A stretch of 64,000 nt of DNA from an uncultured delta proteobacterium (GCA_963778655.1 CAVZVA010000011.1:320001-384000); one strand, 5' to 3'. Counted from the stretch's first letter, positions 38,306 through 48,372 are shown. Notes: generated by a model not told the origin, from the letters alone. A program made the numbers and translations.

Positions 38306-38487
38306 TAGAGCACCGAGCAGGTTGAACCCGTATGAGCTCCGAGTATTTCGCCGCAGGCGCGAGCGCGCCCGGAGGACCGACCCGAGCAATGCTCGCTGCA
38401 TTTGGCAGGGTCGGGTCGAGGACGAAAGCCGCGCATGTGGGGAAAGACGAAGGAAATCATAGGCGCTCAGCCTGATTCGGTGCTTTA
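38306..38487. mobile_element. TA-bounded palindromic MITE-like element, copy 2
   Basis: Left TAGAGCACCGAGCAGGTTGAACCCGTATGA versus reverse complement of right TAAAGCACCGAATCAGGCTGAGCGCCTATGA; internal CGACCCGA/TCGGGTCG stem; ends resemble those of 15691-15859. Confidence 0.65.
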
Positions 38488-38586
38488 GAGACCCTCGGCG
38501 TCGGCCGCGCGCGCTCGGACGCTTCCGCTGTGGACCGGAAGGTTGGCTCCAAGCATACTCCACAGATCCCTCAAACAGGGACGCGG

Positions 38587-41500
38587 ATGGTTTCTTGCGC
38601 TCGGTACAGTGGGCTGATCCTGGTGTGCTGCGCCGCGTGGCTCGCGGCGTGCAAGCCCTTCGACGCCGGGCTGCTCAAGCGTAAGACCGGCGGCAACACG
38701 ATCGCCAGCGACTCCGGGCAGGCGCCCGCGGATGCGGCCATCACTCGTCCCGACGCAGGCGACGCGGCGATCGCACCCGATGCCATGGTGATGCTGGGCA
38801 CCGGCGGCAGCGCGAGCAGCGGCACAGGCGGCACAGGCGGGAGCGGACCCGACAGCGGCGGATGCGTGGCCAATCCCAATTCAATCGACGGGACCTGCCC
38901 GATGATCTGCCCTGAGCAGTGCAACGGGGAAGATGACGACTGCGACGGCACCATCGACGAAGACCTGGAGGACGCCTGCAGCTTGCTCAATGCGTCCGCC
39001 GCGTGCAGTCGCGGCCACTGCGTGATCGTGCAGTGCCAGGGCGGCTATCGCGATTGCGATCACGACCCGAGCACGGGCTGCGAGACGCCGGCCGACGACG
39101 TCAACAACTGCGGCGCGTGCGGCACGCGCTGTTCCTTTCCGCACGCGATCGCGGGTTGCGTCGACGGCAAGTGCGTGCCGGTCGGCTGCCAGCCGCTGTA
39201 CGGCGACTGCGACGCCAATCCGAGCGACTGCGAGACCTCGACCAACACACTGCAGAGCTGCGCAGGCTGCGGGACGCCGTGCACCGACGCCGACGTGGCA
39301 AACGCTACCGCGAGCTGCGAGACGGGGGTCTGCGGCGTCGGCCAGTGCTTCACCGATTTCGGCGACTGCGACGGGCTGGCGGGGGACGGCTGCGAGCAGA
39401 TGCTCAACACCACCGACCACTGCGGCGCCTGCGACCAGCCCTGCGACTTCACCGGCTCGGTCGACGATTGCGGCACCGGCGTGTGCCTGGCCCAGAGCTG
39501 CGAGCCCGGCTACGACGACTGCGACGGCAATCCTGCCAACGGCTGCGAGGCGCTCGACCAGCCGGACCGTTGCGGTGCTTGCGACAAGAGTTGCGACACC
39601 TCGCTGCTCAACGTCACCGCAGCGAGCTGCGACAACGAGCAGTGCAATGTGACCTGCGCGCACGGCTTCGGCGACTGCGACGGCGATCCGAGCACCGGCT
39701 GCGAGACCTCCGTCAGCGACAGCCTGATGCGCTGCGGCGGATGCGATTCACCCTGCGGCTATCCGCACGCGGAGGTCTCGTGCGTCGACGGGGTCTGCAC
39801 CTTCCACCAATGCCAACCTGGCTGGGGCGATTGCAACAACGACCTCGCCAGCGACGGTTGTGAGACCTCGCTGAACCAGAACGACCACTGCGGGCAGTGC
39901 GACACGAGCTGCGTCGGCACCAGCACGCCGCAGTGCTCGGGCGGTACTTGCTCGATGACGGTGTGCCCCGCCGACATGGCCGACTGCAACAACGACACGA
40001 CCTGCGAGGCGAATCTGCAGACCGATGTCAACAACTGCGGCGCCTGCGGCAACGGCTGCGCGTTCACCAGCTCGAGCCCGCACGCCGGAGGCGGCCTGAG
40101 CTGCGTCGGCGGGCAGTGCAAACCGAGCTGCGATTCGTTGTTCGACGATTGCAACGGGGACTACCGCGACGGCTGTGAGACGGCGCTGACCACGGCCAGC
40201 AATTGCGGCGCCTGCGGGCAGGGCTGCTCGATCGCCAACGCCAGCGCGACCTGCAGCACCGGGAGCTGCCGGGTGAGCCAGTGCGCACAGGACTGGCGCG
40301 ACTGCGACAACGACGGCACGAGCTGCGAGACGCAGCTCGGCACCACGCAGAATTGCACCGGATGCGGCATGGCGTGCACGCTGACCAACGCGATCGCGAG
40401 CTGCGTCGGCAGCGCAGGCAGCCACAGCTGCGCTGTCTCGAGCTGCACCCAGTCGTACTTCGCCGATTGCAACAACATGCCGGGCGACGGCTGCGAGATC
40501 GACAAGCGCAACAGCGCCAAGAACTGCAACGGCTGCGGCAACGACTGCACCTCGCACCCCAACGTGCAGAGCGCGACCTGCGGCAACGGGGCGTGCAACT
40601 ACACCTGTGCCCAGGGCTTCGGCAACTGCAACAGCATGCCCGGCTGCGAGACTCCGTTGACCACCAGCGCCGACTGCGGCGCTTGCGGCGTGGGCTGCGC
40701 GCGAGCCAACGGGAGCGCGAGCTGCAGCACCGGCACCTGCACGCTGACCGGCTGCGACCCCGGCTTCAAGGACTGCGACGGCAACCCGGCGGACGGCTGC
40801 GAGCCGCTGACCACGCTGACCAACTGCGGCGACTGCAACACCCCCTGCAACATCGTCAACGGCAGCGGTACCTGCGCCACGCAGAGCTGCGAGGTCGACA
40901 GCTGCGACGCGGGCTGGGACGACTGCGACGGCGACGTCGTCAACGGCTGCGAGCGCAACGTCGACTCGCCCGCGATGGGCGGGCTGGGCCCCTGTCTGCC
41001 CGACAGCGGCTGCGTGCACCAGAGCTACAACGGACAGGACTACTACTTCTGCCCGACCGCGCGCACCTGGGACGACGCCCGCGCGCACTGCCAGCAGCAG
41101 CTGCTGGGCTCGCTGCTGCACATCAACGACGCCGACGAAAACGCGTTCGTGCAGTCGCAGCTCTTGGCCGACAGCTGGATCGGCGGCACCGATAGCATGA
41201 CCGAGGGGGTGTGGCTGTGGGGCAACGACGGCAGCCAGTTTTGGATGGGTCAGAGCGGCGGAACGGCGTTGCAGTACGCCAACTGGAACAGCGGCGAGCC
41301 CAACGACTACAACGGGGCCGAGGACTGCGCCGAGATCTTCACCAACGGGCTATGGAACGACCAGCCGTGCAGCAGCACACACGCATTCGTGTGCGAGGTG
41401 CAGCTCGACCTGTGCCCTAGCGATCCGAACAAGGTCAATCCGGGCCAGTGCGGCTGTGGCATGCCCGACACCGACACCGACGGCGACCGGACCGCGGACT

Positions 41501-42867
41501 GCCACGACATGTGTCCCAACGACGCCGGCAAGACCGCGCCAGGAACCTGCGGCTGCGGCACCCCCGACGTCGACAGCGACGGCGACGGCGTGCTCGGCTG
41601 CAATGACGGCTGTCCCAACGACGCGAACAAGACCGCGCCAGGAACCTGCGGCTGCGGCACCCCCGACACCGATTCGGACGGCGACGGCACTCCGGACTGC
41701 AACGACACCTGCCCGGTGGACCCCACCCGCGTCGCCAGCCCGTGCGGCTTCGACTACACCGCGACCAACTTCGACCAGAGCACCATCAACTTCGGGCTGG
41801 CGCCGAGCACCACGCTCGACTGCCAGTCCACCACCACCATCGACACCACCGGCTCGGTCACCATCACCAACTGGTGCGGAACCGCGCCGACCCCGATCAT
41901 CCAACCGCAGAGCGGCGGTCAGGACGTGGTGGTGCTGCCGCTGCAGGCGCTGACCGTCGCCTCCAGCACCACGCTGCGCGTGATCGGCAGCCGGCCGCTG
42001 ATCCTGGCGGTGCGCGGAGACGTGGCGATCAACGGCACGATCAACGTGCGCGGCCTCGGCACGACGCCGGGCGCAGGCGGCAACGCCTGCGGCGGCGGCA
42101 ACGCGGGCAACGGCTCCAGCGACTCGCGCAGCAGCGAAGGCGCGGGCGGCGGCGGCGGCGCGGGCTTCGCAGCCGGCGGCGGCTCCGGCGGCCGCGGCAA
42201 TCGCAGCAACGGCTCGACCTCGGGCGGCGGCGCAGGCGCATCCGAGGGCGGCGCGAGTCTGTCGCCGCTACGCGGCGGTTGCAAAGGCGGCAGCGGCGGC
42301 AACGGCAGCGGCACCGGCGGCGCGGGCGGCGGCGGCGGCGGCGCGATTCAGATCTCCTCGGGCGGCAACCTCACCGTGGGCGGCAGCGCGGTGATCAGCG
42401 CGTCGGCCGGCGGCGGGGGAACCGGCAGCAACCGCCGCGACGGCGGCGGCGGCGGCGGCAGCGGCGGCGCCGTGTTCCTCGAGGCGCACGTGGTGAGCGT
42501 GCCATCGGGCGCATGGGTCACGGCCAACGGCGGCGGCGGCGCCAGCGGCTCGCCGAATACGAGCGGCGGCACCAACGCGGGCAGCGATGGCGCCAGCAAC
42601 AACAACAACCGCGCCGGCGGCGGCAACGGCAGCAATGGCGCCGGCGACGGCGGTCGCGGCGGCGCAGGCTCGAGCACGGGAGGCGAGAACGGCAGCGACG
42701 GGCAGTGCACCGGAGGGTTTCTCATCTGTGCTTTCGGCGGGACCTACGGTGCCGGCGGCGGGGGCGGGGGCGGCGCGGTCGGGCGCATCCGCGTACACGC
42801 CACCCAGAGCTGCAGCCTGAGCGGCGGCAGCTTCAGCCCCTCGGTCGGCCAACAGAACTGCCCGTAG
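38587..42867 (+). CDS. Giant Cys-rich surface lipoprotein with C-type lectin domain, Asp-rich repeats and Gly-rich C-terminus
   Basis: Lipobox WLAAC; EQCNGEDDDCDGTIDE; many DCDG..GCE..NCGACG repeats; lectin domain with WIGG, EPN, WND; DxDGDG..C.D.CP repeats; poly-Gly tail. Confidence 0.88.
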   Translation: MVSCARYSGLILVCCAAWLAACKPFDAGLLKRKTGGNTIASDSGQAPADAAITRPDAGDAAIAPDAMVMLGTGGSASSGTGGTGGSGPDSGGCVANPNSIDGTCPMICPEQCNGEDDDCDGTIDEDLEDACSLLNASAACSRGHCVIVQCQGGYRDCDHDPSTGCETPADDVNNCGACGTRCSFPHAIAGCVDGKCVPVGCQPLYGDCDANPSDCETSTNTLQSCAGCGTPCTDADVANATASCETGVCGVGQCFTDFGDCDGLAGDGCEQMLNTTDHCGACDQPCDFTGSVDDCGTGVCLAQSCEPGYDDCDGNPANGCEALDQPDRCGACDKSCDTSLLNVTAASCDNEQCNVTCAHGFGDCDGDPSTGCETSVSDSLMRCGGCDSPCGYPHAEVSCVDGVCTFHQCQPGWGDCNNDLASDGCETSLNQNDHCGQCDTSCVGTSTPQCSGGTCSMTVCPADMADCNNDTTCEANLQTDVNNCGACGNGCAFTSSSPHAGGGLSCVGGQCKPSCDSLFDDCNGDYRDGCETALTTASNCGACGQGCSIANASATCSTGSCRVSQCAQDWRDCDNDGTSCETQLGTTQNCTGCGMACTLTNAIASCVGSAGSHSCAVSSCTQSYFADCNNMPGDGCEIDKRNSAKNCNGCGNDCTSHPNVQSATCGNGACNYTCAQGFGNCNSMPGCETPLTTSADCGACGVGCARANGSASCSTGTCTLTGCDPGFKDCDGNPADGCEPLTTLTNCGDCNTPCNIVNGSGTCATQSCEVDSCDAGWDDCDGDVVNGCERNVDSPAMGGLGPCLPDSGCVHQSYNGQDYYFCPTARTWDDARAHCQQQLLGSLLHINDADENAFVQSQLLADSWIGGTDSMTEGVWLWGNDGSQFWMGQSGGTALQYANWNSGEPNDYNGAEDCAEIFTNGLWNDQPCSSTHAFVCEVQLDLCPSDPNKVNPGQCGCGMPDTDTDGDRTADCHDMCPNDAGKTAPGTCGCGTPDVDSDGDGVLGCNDGCPNDANKTAPGTCGCGTPDTDSDGDGTPDCNDTCPVDPTRVASPCGFDYTATNFDQSTINFGLAPSTTLDCQSTTTIDTTGSVTITNWCGTAPTPIIQPQSGGQDVVVLPLQALTVASSTTLRVIGSRPLILAVRGDVAINGTINVRGLGTTPGAGGNACGGGNAGNGSSDSRSSEGAGGGGGAGFAAGGGSGGRGNRSNGSTSGGGAGASEGGASLSPLRGGCKGGSGGNGSGTGGAGGGGGGAIQISSGGNLTVGGSAVISASAGGGGTGSNRRDGGGGGGSGGAVFLEAHVVSVPSGAWVTANGGGGASGSPNTSGGTNAGSDGASNNNNRAGGGNGSNGAGDGGRGGAGSSTGGENGSDGQCTGGFLICAFGGTYGAGGGGGGGAVGRIRVHATQSCSLSGGSFSPSVGQQNCP
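41529..41667 (+). repeat. Identical 40-bp direct repeat with 99-bp period in the Asp-rich repeat region
   Basis: caagaccgcgccaggaacctgcggctgcggcacccccgac at 41529-41568 and 41628-41667. Confidence 0.9.
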
Positions 42868-42877
42868 CGGCGGCGCC

Positions 42878-43519
42878 TCACCTCCACGCGAACACGGGCT
42901 GCTCGTAGTGGGCCACGCGCGTGGCCCGGCCCTGCAGCGCGACTTCCCACAGCTGGTAGAGAATCGCGGCCGTGGGCGCGTGCACCGCGGTCTGCAGCTG
43001 GGCGATCGGAAGCTGGATCAGCGGCCGATCGCTCTCCGGAATACGCGAGAGGCGTGGCACCCCGGGGCGGCCGAGCGTCTCCAGCGGCACGTGGTAGGCG
43101 GCCGCGACTTCCTCCGGGTTGGGCGTGAGCGCGCTGGGCTCGCCGTGCCAGATCACCACCGGTGTGATCACGTAGCCGGAGCGCGTTGCGTAGTCGTCGA
43201 GCAAGCCGAGCACTGAGCGCTGCGGGCTGACTACGCCGACCTCCTCGGCGAGCTCGCGCAGCGCGGTGCGCGCCGCGTCCTCGCCGGCCTCGATGCGCCC
43301 GCCCGGCAAGGCCCACTGGCCCGCGTGCGCACGCAGGCGCTGCGCGCGACGGGTGAGGATGAAGCACGCCTGGCCTGCGGCGTCGGCCACCACCACCACG
43401 GCGACCGCAGCGGGCCGCAGCCCGCCGGCGCAGAGCGCCTGGCGCTCGAAGCGCGCCAGGTTGGTCGCGATCCGGCCGCGCAGCGCGGCCTCGGCCGCCA
43501 GTGGACCCGTGGCGTTCAC
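42878..43519 (-). CDS. Nudix hydrolase, CoA pyrophosphatase (NudL-like)
   Basis: AAVAV, LTRR..LRAHAGQWALPGG, ALRELAEEVG, NPEEV. Start uncertain. Confidence 0.9.
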   Translation of the reverse strand: MNATGPLAAEAALRGRIATNLARFERQALCAGGLRPAAVAVVVVADAAGQACFILTRRAQRLRAHAGQWALPGGRIEAGEDAARTALRELAEEVGVVSPQRSVLGLLDDYATRSGYVITPVVIWHGEPSALTPNPEEVAAAYHVPLETLGRPGVPRLSRIPESDRPLIQLPIAQLQTAVHAPTAAILYQLWEVALQGRATRVAHYEQPVFAWR

Positions 43520-43706
43520 GGTTTCGGCATACCAGAGGCTCGCTGCCGGCTCCACCGGCGGGCCTGGCGCCCGGCAATCCCCCCAAGCGGCCGGGCCCAC
43601 AGGCATGGGGAGGTCTGGGACCCGGCCGCCCTTGAGATCTTGGCTATCAGGGCGGTCGGGAGACGGCTGTGAAGCGGTTCACAGCCGCGTCGTTTTCCGT
43701 CGCTTT

Positions 43707-43889
43707 TCAGAAGCCGAACAGGCGACGCAGCCGGCTGCGCTCGGGATCCTGCGGCGAGGTTTCATCGCGGCGCTCCCGGCACTGGCAGCGCTGCTCCTGG
43801 GGCACGTCGCCCAGCACCTGCTCCACGTGGCGGCCACAGCCGCTATAACTTGGTTTTTCGCAATTCGGGCAACGTACGCGCTGGCACAT
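43707..43889 (-). CDS. Small (60 aa) Cys/His-rich putative metal-binding protein
   Basis: MCQRVRCPNCEKPSYSGCGRHVEQVLGDVPQEQRCQC; GAGGAG RBS upstream. Confidence 0.75.
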   Translation of the reverse strand: MCQRVRCPNCEKPSYSGCGRHVEQVLGDVPQEQRCQCRERRDETSPQDPERSRLRRLFGF

Positions 43890-44065
43890 GACACTCCTCA
43901 CGGGTTCGAAAAAAATGCAGCGTCTGCAGCAGGTTGGAGCCGTGTCCGCGGCCGAGGATTCGGCCCACCCGAGCTTTTTCGACACTGCGCGCCACGCCGA
44001 ATTGCAGCGCCGGAGCGAACCCCGGACGGGCCCGGGCGGCTCGAACAGTGCGGGAGGATGAAGTC

Positions 44066-44269
44066 ATGACCCGCAATGAAGGAACGCTCGACCGCGGAAT
44101 TCGGATCACCGTCGGTTTCGGTCTGCTCGTGTTCGCCATCGCCACCGGAAACGCCCTGGGGCTGCTCGGGCTGATCCCACTGGCCACGGGTATCGCCGGC
44201 ATCTGCCCGGTCTACCGCGTGCTCGGGATCCACACCCGCGGCCAGCCGCACGAGCCGCAGTCTTCCTGA
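44066..44269 (+). CDS. DUF2892 (YgaP-like) small membrane protein
   Basis: NEGTLDRGIR, GLIPLATG..GICPVYRVLGIHT; GGAGG RBS. Confidence 0.88.
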   Translation: MTRNEGTLDRGIRITVGFGLLVFAIATGNALGLLGLIPLATGIAGICPVYRVLGIHTRGQPHEPQSS

Positions 44270-44302
44270 CCGGCGGTCCGCGAACGCAGAGACAGCCGCC
44301 CG

Positions 44303-45895
44303 CTATTCGCGGGCACGTACCACGGCAAAGACCGCGCCGTCGCGGCCGATCGCGTGCACGATCTTCGAGCGCGTGAAGTTGCGATCGAAGCCGTAGCGGG
44401 TGGTACCGAGGTAGTAGGCGTAGCGGGCCGGCAGCGCGCCCTCGGCCCGATGGAAGATGGTGTCCATCTGCACCCCGGGCGCCAGAAAATGCCGCGCGGC
44501 CATGGAGCCGTGATCGTCGGCGGCGACCAGCACGCACGTCGGCTGCTTGCGCGCGCGCGCGCGCCCGTTGATCCACTCGGCCGCCTCGCGGTAGGCGAGC
44601 AGGAAGTACTCGGTCTCGTAGCGTCCGCTGGCTCCCCCAACCCCGCCGACGAAGGCGTTGAAGTACGTGGTCTCATAGGGATGCAGGCGCACCAGGCTGG
44701 CGACCGGCGCCGCCAGCGCCAGCGCGAGCGACGCATGGGCGAGCCAGCGCAGCCCGAAGCGCGCGGCGAGCGCAACGAGCTCACGCGCGCCGAGCGCGAC
44801 CAGCACAGCGAGCGCGGGCAGCGTGAACAGCACGTGGCGCATGCCGTCGTAGACGTTGGGCCGCAGCAGCAGCCCGAGCAGGTACGGCAGCAGGAGCCAG
44901 CAGGGGATCGCCCAGAGGACGCAGGCCTGCATCACCGCTGCGCGGCGTGCGTCGCGCAGCGCCGCGTACAGCCCCACCGCCCCGAGCGCGAGCCACGGAA
45001 TAGGCACCGTGATCAGCAGAAACTCGAGCAGGTAGCGGCCGGGCAGCGTGGTGCTGGTGAGCATGTGACCCTCGAACAGCACCGGATAGGACATCGGAAA
45101 CGAGTACGCCGCGAGGATCGACAGCACCGGGTTGGTCAAGGGCGCGCTCCACGCGAACGGCCATAGCGCGATCATGATGGCCCACGACAGCACCATCACC
45201 ACCAGCACGCCGCGCAACAACGCCACGCGCTCGAGCCACCCGCGCGCCGCCGCCAGCAGCAGCGGAAGCGCGAGCAGCACGCCCACGATCGGCAAGCCGC
45301 CGGGTCGAATCGCCATCGCCAGCCCCAGCGCCAGACCGAGCACCAGCGCCGCGCGCGCGCTCCCGCGCGCCCCGACGTAGGCAAAGCCGGCCCACATCGC
45401 CAGCACCACCGCCGTCGCGAACGGAAGATCCTTGGTATTGACGAAGCTCTGGCCGTAGAAACGCGGCATCAGGGCCAGCGCCACCGCCGCCAGCAGCGAG
45501 CCCCTGCCCAAGCCCGCCAGGAGACCGATGCGATACACCCCGTAGAGCGCAACCAGACCCGCGAACGCGGTCGCCAGGTGACGCGCCGCATAGGCATCGA
45601 GCCGCAAAGCGTGCTGCACCGCGAGCGCGAACAGCTCGAACAGCGGCCCGTAGAACCGCGTGTACTGGGTGAACGCGCAACGATCACCGCCCCAACTCCA
45701 GAGGCAAGCCGCCACCTGCTGCCCATAGCTGAGTTGGACGTGGTCGTCCCAGTTGATGCCGTAGTCACGGAAGGTGAGCGCCACGACTACGAGGCACAGC
45801 GTGACGAACGAGCCCGGCGCGGCGCGGGCGAGCCAGCCGCGCAATGCCCCGCCGGGGGCCTGGCCTGGGCCGTCTCGCGTGCCGACCGGATCCAC
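44303..45895 (-). CDS. GT-C fold membrane glycosyltransferase (ArnT/PMT-like)
   Basis: DYGINWDD loop after TM1, YGPLFE, PRFYGQSFVNTKD, YDGMRH, YFNAFVGG; many TM helices. Confidence 0.8.
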   Translation of the reverse strand: MDPVGTRDGPGQAPGGALRGWLARAAPGSFVTLCLVVVALTFRDYGINWDDHVQLSYGQQVAACLWSWGGDRCAFTQYTRFYGPLFELFALAVQHALRLDAYAARHLATAFAGLVALYGVYRIGLLAGLGRGSLLAAVALALMPRFYGQSFVNTKDLPFATAVVLAMWAGFAYVGARGSARAALVLGLALGLAMAIRPGGLPIVGVLLALPLLLAAARGWLERVALLRGVLVVMVLSWAIMIALWPFAWSAPLTNPVLSILAAYSFPMSYPVLFEGHMLTSTTLPGRYLLEFLLITVPIPWLALGAVGLYAALRDARRAAVMQACVLWAIPCWLLLPYLLGLLLRPNVYDGMRHVLFTLPALAVLVALGARELVALAARFGLRWLAHASLALALAAPVASLVRLHPYETTYFNAFVGGVGGASGRYETEYFLLAYREAAEWINGRARARKQPTCVLVAADDHGSMAARHFLAPGVQMDTIFHRAEGALPARYAYYLGTTRYGFDRNFTRSKIVHAIGRDGAVFAVVRARE

Positions 45896-45974
45896 ACCGA
45901 GATCATAGGGCGTGGCCCATCCAACCCGCGAGCTTTGAGACGCCGCGGTGGTTTGCTATGCTGGGGCCCCGGGC

Positions 45975-46556
45975 ATGGCGGGCGATGAACAGGAGCTCGA
46001 GACCGAGCCCCAGTCGGATGAGGCGTTTCGCTTCGGCGCGTTTTCCGACGAGTGCCGCCGCGATCCGCTCGCCTTTCGCAAACTGCACGGCCGCGCGTTC
46101 TTGCTGTTGCGCCGGACCGGCCCCGAGCCGCTACAACAGCCAGCTCGGCCCACGCGCACGCTGGTGCAGCCGGGGCCGCCCGAGATCATGCGCGAGCTGC
46201 CGCCGTCGGAGTACCTGGTGTTCCCGATCCGCAAGACCGAGCGCTCGCTGATCGCGCGCTTCTACTCGGTGGGGCAGACGCGCAACAACGACATCGTCAT
46301 CCGCGACGTGACGGTCAGCAAGTTCCACGCCTTCTTCCAGGACGCCGCCGACGGCGAGGGCTTCGTGCTGCAGGACGCGCGCTCCACCAACGGCACCTTC
46401 GTCAACGGCATGCGCGTGCCGAGGCAGGGTCAGGGGGATCCGGTCGTGGTGCGCTCCGGCGACCGCGTCCGCTTCGGCAACGTGGAGCTGAGCTTTCTTG
46501 CGGCCGACGAATTCTGCGAGCTGGTGCGCTCGGCCGACGCGGTCAGGCGGCGCTGA
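45975..46556 (+). CDS. FHA domain protein
   Basis: VGQTRNNDIVI...VSKFHA, LQDARSTNGTFVNG, GDRVRFG. Confidence 0.88.
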   Translation: MAGDEQELETEPQSDEAFRFGAFSDECRRDPLAFRKLHGRAFLLLRRTGPEPLQQPARPTRTLVQPGPPEIMRELPPSEYLVFPIRKTERSLIARFYSVGQTRNNDIVIRDVTVSKFHAFFQDAADGEGFVLQDARSTNGTFVNGMRVPRQGQGDPVVVRSGDRVRFGNVELSFLAADEFCELVRSADAVRRR

Positions 46557-46644
46557 GGCCCGACCAGCCGCGGCCGGAGATTCTGCTCTTCCCGTCTTCT
46601 TGTCATCCGAAACAGTCCTTTCGTCACCCCACGCGATCCAAGAG

Positions 46645-47538
46645 TTACTCTGCAGGGCTGAGCGGCACGCGGGGGCGAGTGCGCAGGTGGGGCAGGAAGG
46701 GGCCGAGCAGGTAGTTGTCCAGGCAGAAGCCGAAGATCGAATTCTGATTCAGCGCGGGGTCGATACGGGCGGCGCGGGCGGCGTGCAGCGCGCGCAGCGT
46801 GCTCCAGTGGGCACCCGGCTTTTCGTGGTGCACGGTGTGGAAGCCCGCGTCGAACACCAGCCAGTTCTGCAGCGGGCTCACGAAGTTGCGCGAGTGGTTG
46901 TCGGGCGAGCTCGGATCGCAGTGCACGTGCTGCACGTAGTTGGTGAACATCATCGACCACGAGGCGAACAGGGCCGGTACGCCCATGCACAGCCCGTAGG
47001 CAGCGGCGCCAGCGCGCGCGCCGTGCAGCGCAACCGCAAGCACCAGCACGCCGGCGTGCGCGGCGAGCAGCACCGCGTATTGCGCGGCGATGGCACGGAA
47101 GCGGCCACGCGCGCGCGCCTGCGCGACGTAGCGGGTGATGCCCTCCGCCTGCCAGACGGCCGAGCGCACGGGATAGCTGAGCGCCTGCCACAGTGTGTTG
47201 TGCTGCGAGCTGCGCGTGGTGCGCGTCGCGTCGAGCGGGCCGTTGAGGTAGCGGTGGTGGTTCTGGTTGTGAGTCGGGATCCAGGCGAAGCTCGGATAGC
47301 CGTAGAACACCGAGAGCCACGCCGAATAGACCTGGTTGGGCGCGCGCCCCACGAACACGGGACAGTGGTTGTGGTTGTGCGTGAGCACGCCGGCGCAATA
47401 CGCCAGGTACAGCGCGAACGGCAGCAGCCACGGCGCCAGCTCGAGCCGCAGCACACCGAGCAAAGGCACGGCGGGGAACAGCACGAGCGCCCAAAGCAGG
47501 GCGCGCAGGTCGGCAGGGTTGCGCAGGCGCATGGTCAT
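46645..47538 (-). CDS. Membrane fatty acid desaturase family protein
   Basis: Three His boxes HNHNH, HNQNHH, HTVHH plus NYVQH; TM segments. Confidence 0.88.
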   Translation of the reverse strand: MTMRLRNPADLRALLWALVLFPAVPLLGVLRLELAPWLLPFALYLAYCAGVLTHNHNHCPVFVGRAPNQVYSAWLSVFYGYPSFAWIPTHNQNHHRYLNGPLDATRTTRSSQHNTLWQALSYPVRSAVWQAEGITRYVAQARARGRFRAIAAQYAVLLAAHAGVLVLAVALHGARAGAAAYGLCMGVPALFASWSMMFTNYVQHVHCDPSSPDNHSRNFVSPLQNWLVFDAGFHTVHHEKPGAHWSTLRALHAARAARIDPALNQNSIFGFCLDNYLLGPFLPHLRTRPRVPLSPAE

Positions 47539-47855
47539 CTCCCGGTAGCCGCCACGGTAGCGGCGGGATCTGTCGCGTGTGGCTTGAGCATGCGCGGCGC
47601 GGAGGCGTACCACCATTCGCCATCGACTCGGATTTCACCCGCCAGCCGGCCGGCGCGAAAGCCCGCGCGTTGCAAGGCGCGTCCGGGCACGCTGCGCCAC
47701 CCGCGCCGGGCCGCGGCCTCGGATCTGGGCACAACATCTCGACACCGCGCCGCCACACGCGCGGCGGCCTTGACGCTACCGCTCCCAATCTCTCGTGGTT
47801 GGATTTCTGTCCGCCGTGCGGCAAGCCAGCCGCCAAGCAATTGGGAACCGTGGTG

Positions 47856-48362
47856 TCAGGGAGCGCGGCGCGGCGGCGCAGCCTGCCCGCTGGCGCCCGC
47901 GCTGGCGCGCTCGAACCAGCGGCGCATCCAGCGCCTGGGCCAGGGGAAGCCGTAGCCGAACCACAGCGCGTCCACGATACGCGTGATCTCGGCCCCGCGA
48001 TCGTCCGCGTGCGCGAGCTCGACCAGGTAGGCTTCGCGCTCCCAGCGAAAACGGAACCAGCACAGGCCGATCGGCAGCGGCAGCAGCAGGTAGCTCAGCC
48101 ACATCAGCACGCCAAAGCGCCGCCACTGCCGCACGTGGACCAGCTCGTGCTCCAGCACGACCGGGTACGCCAGCGGGTCGGTCACGCATTCCGGGTAGTA
48201 GATGGTGCGGCCGATCGTGGTCCAGTAGCGCTGCATGAAGGCTCGGTTGCCGAGCGCGCGCAAGGCCAGGGCGCTGGCGCGCATCAGCCGCGAGCCGGCC
48301 TTGGGCGCGAGCCGCACCCCCTGCTGTGCCAGGCGGTCCGGGTCGAAGCGCGCGGCGGACAT
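47856..48362 (-). CDS. Hypothetical HExxH zinc-motif protein
   Basis: TTIGRTIY, LEHELVHVRQ, WEREAY. Confidence 0.7.
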   Translation of the reverse strand: MSAARFDPDRLAQQGVRLAPKAGSRLMRASALALRALGNRAFMQRYWTTIGRTIYYPECVTDPLAYPVVLEHELVHVRQWRRFGVLMWLSYLLLPLPIGLCWFRFRWEREAYLVELAHADDRGAEITRIVDALWFGYGFPWPRRWMRRWFERASAGASGQAAPPRRAP

Positions 48363-48372
48363 CGCAGGCCCC

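Noticed and set aside
36291..42867. CRISPR array or phase-variable tandem repeats
   Set aside because: All repeats are in-frame coding repeats (Gly/Thr, Cys-rich, poly-Gly) with no unique spacers and no cas genes.
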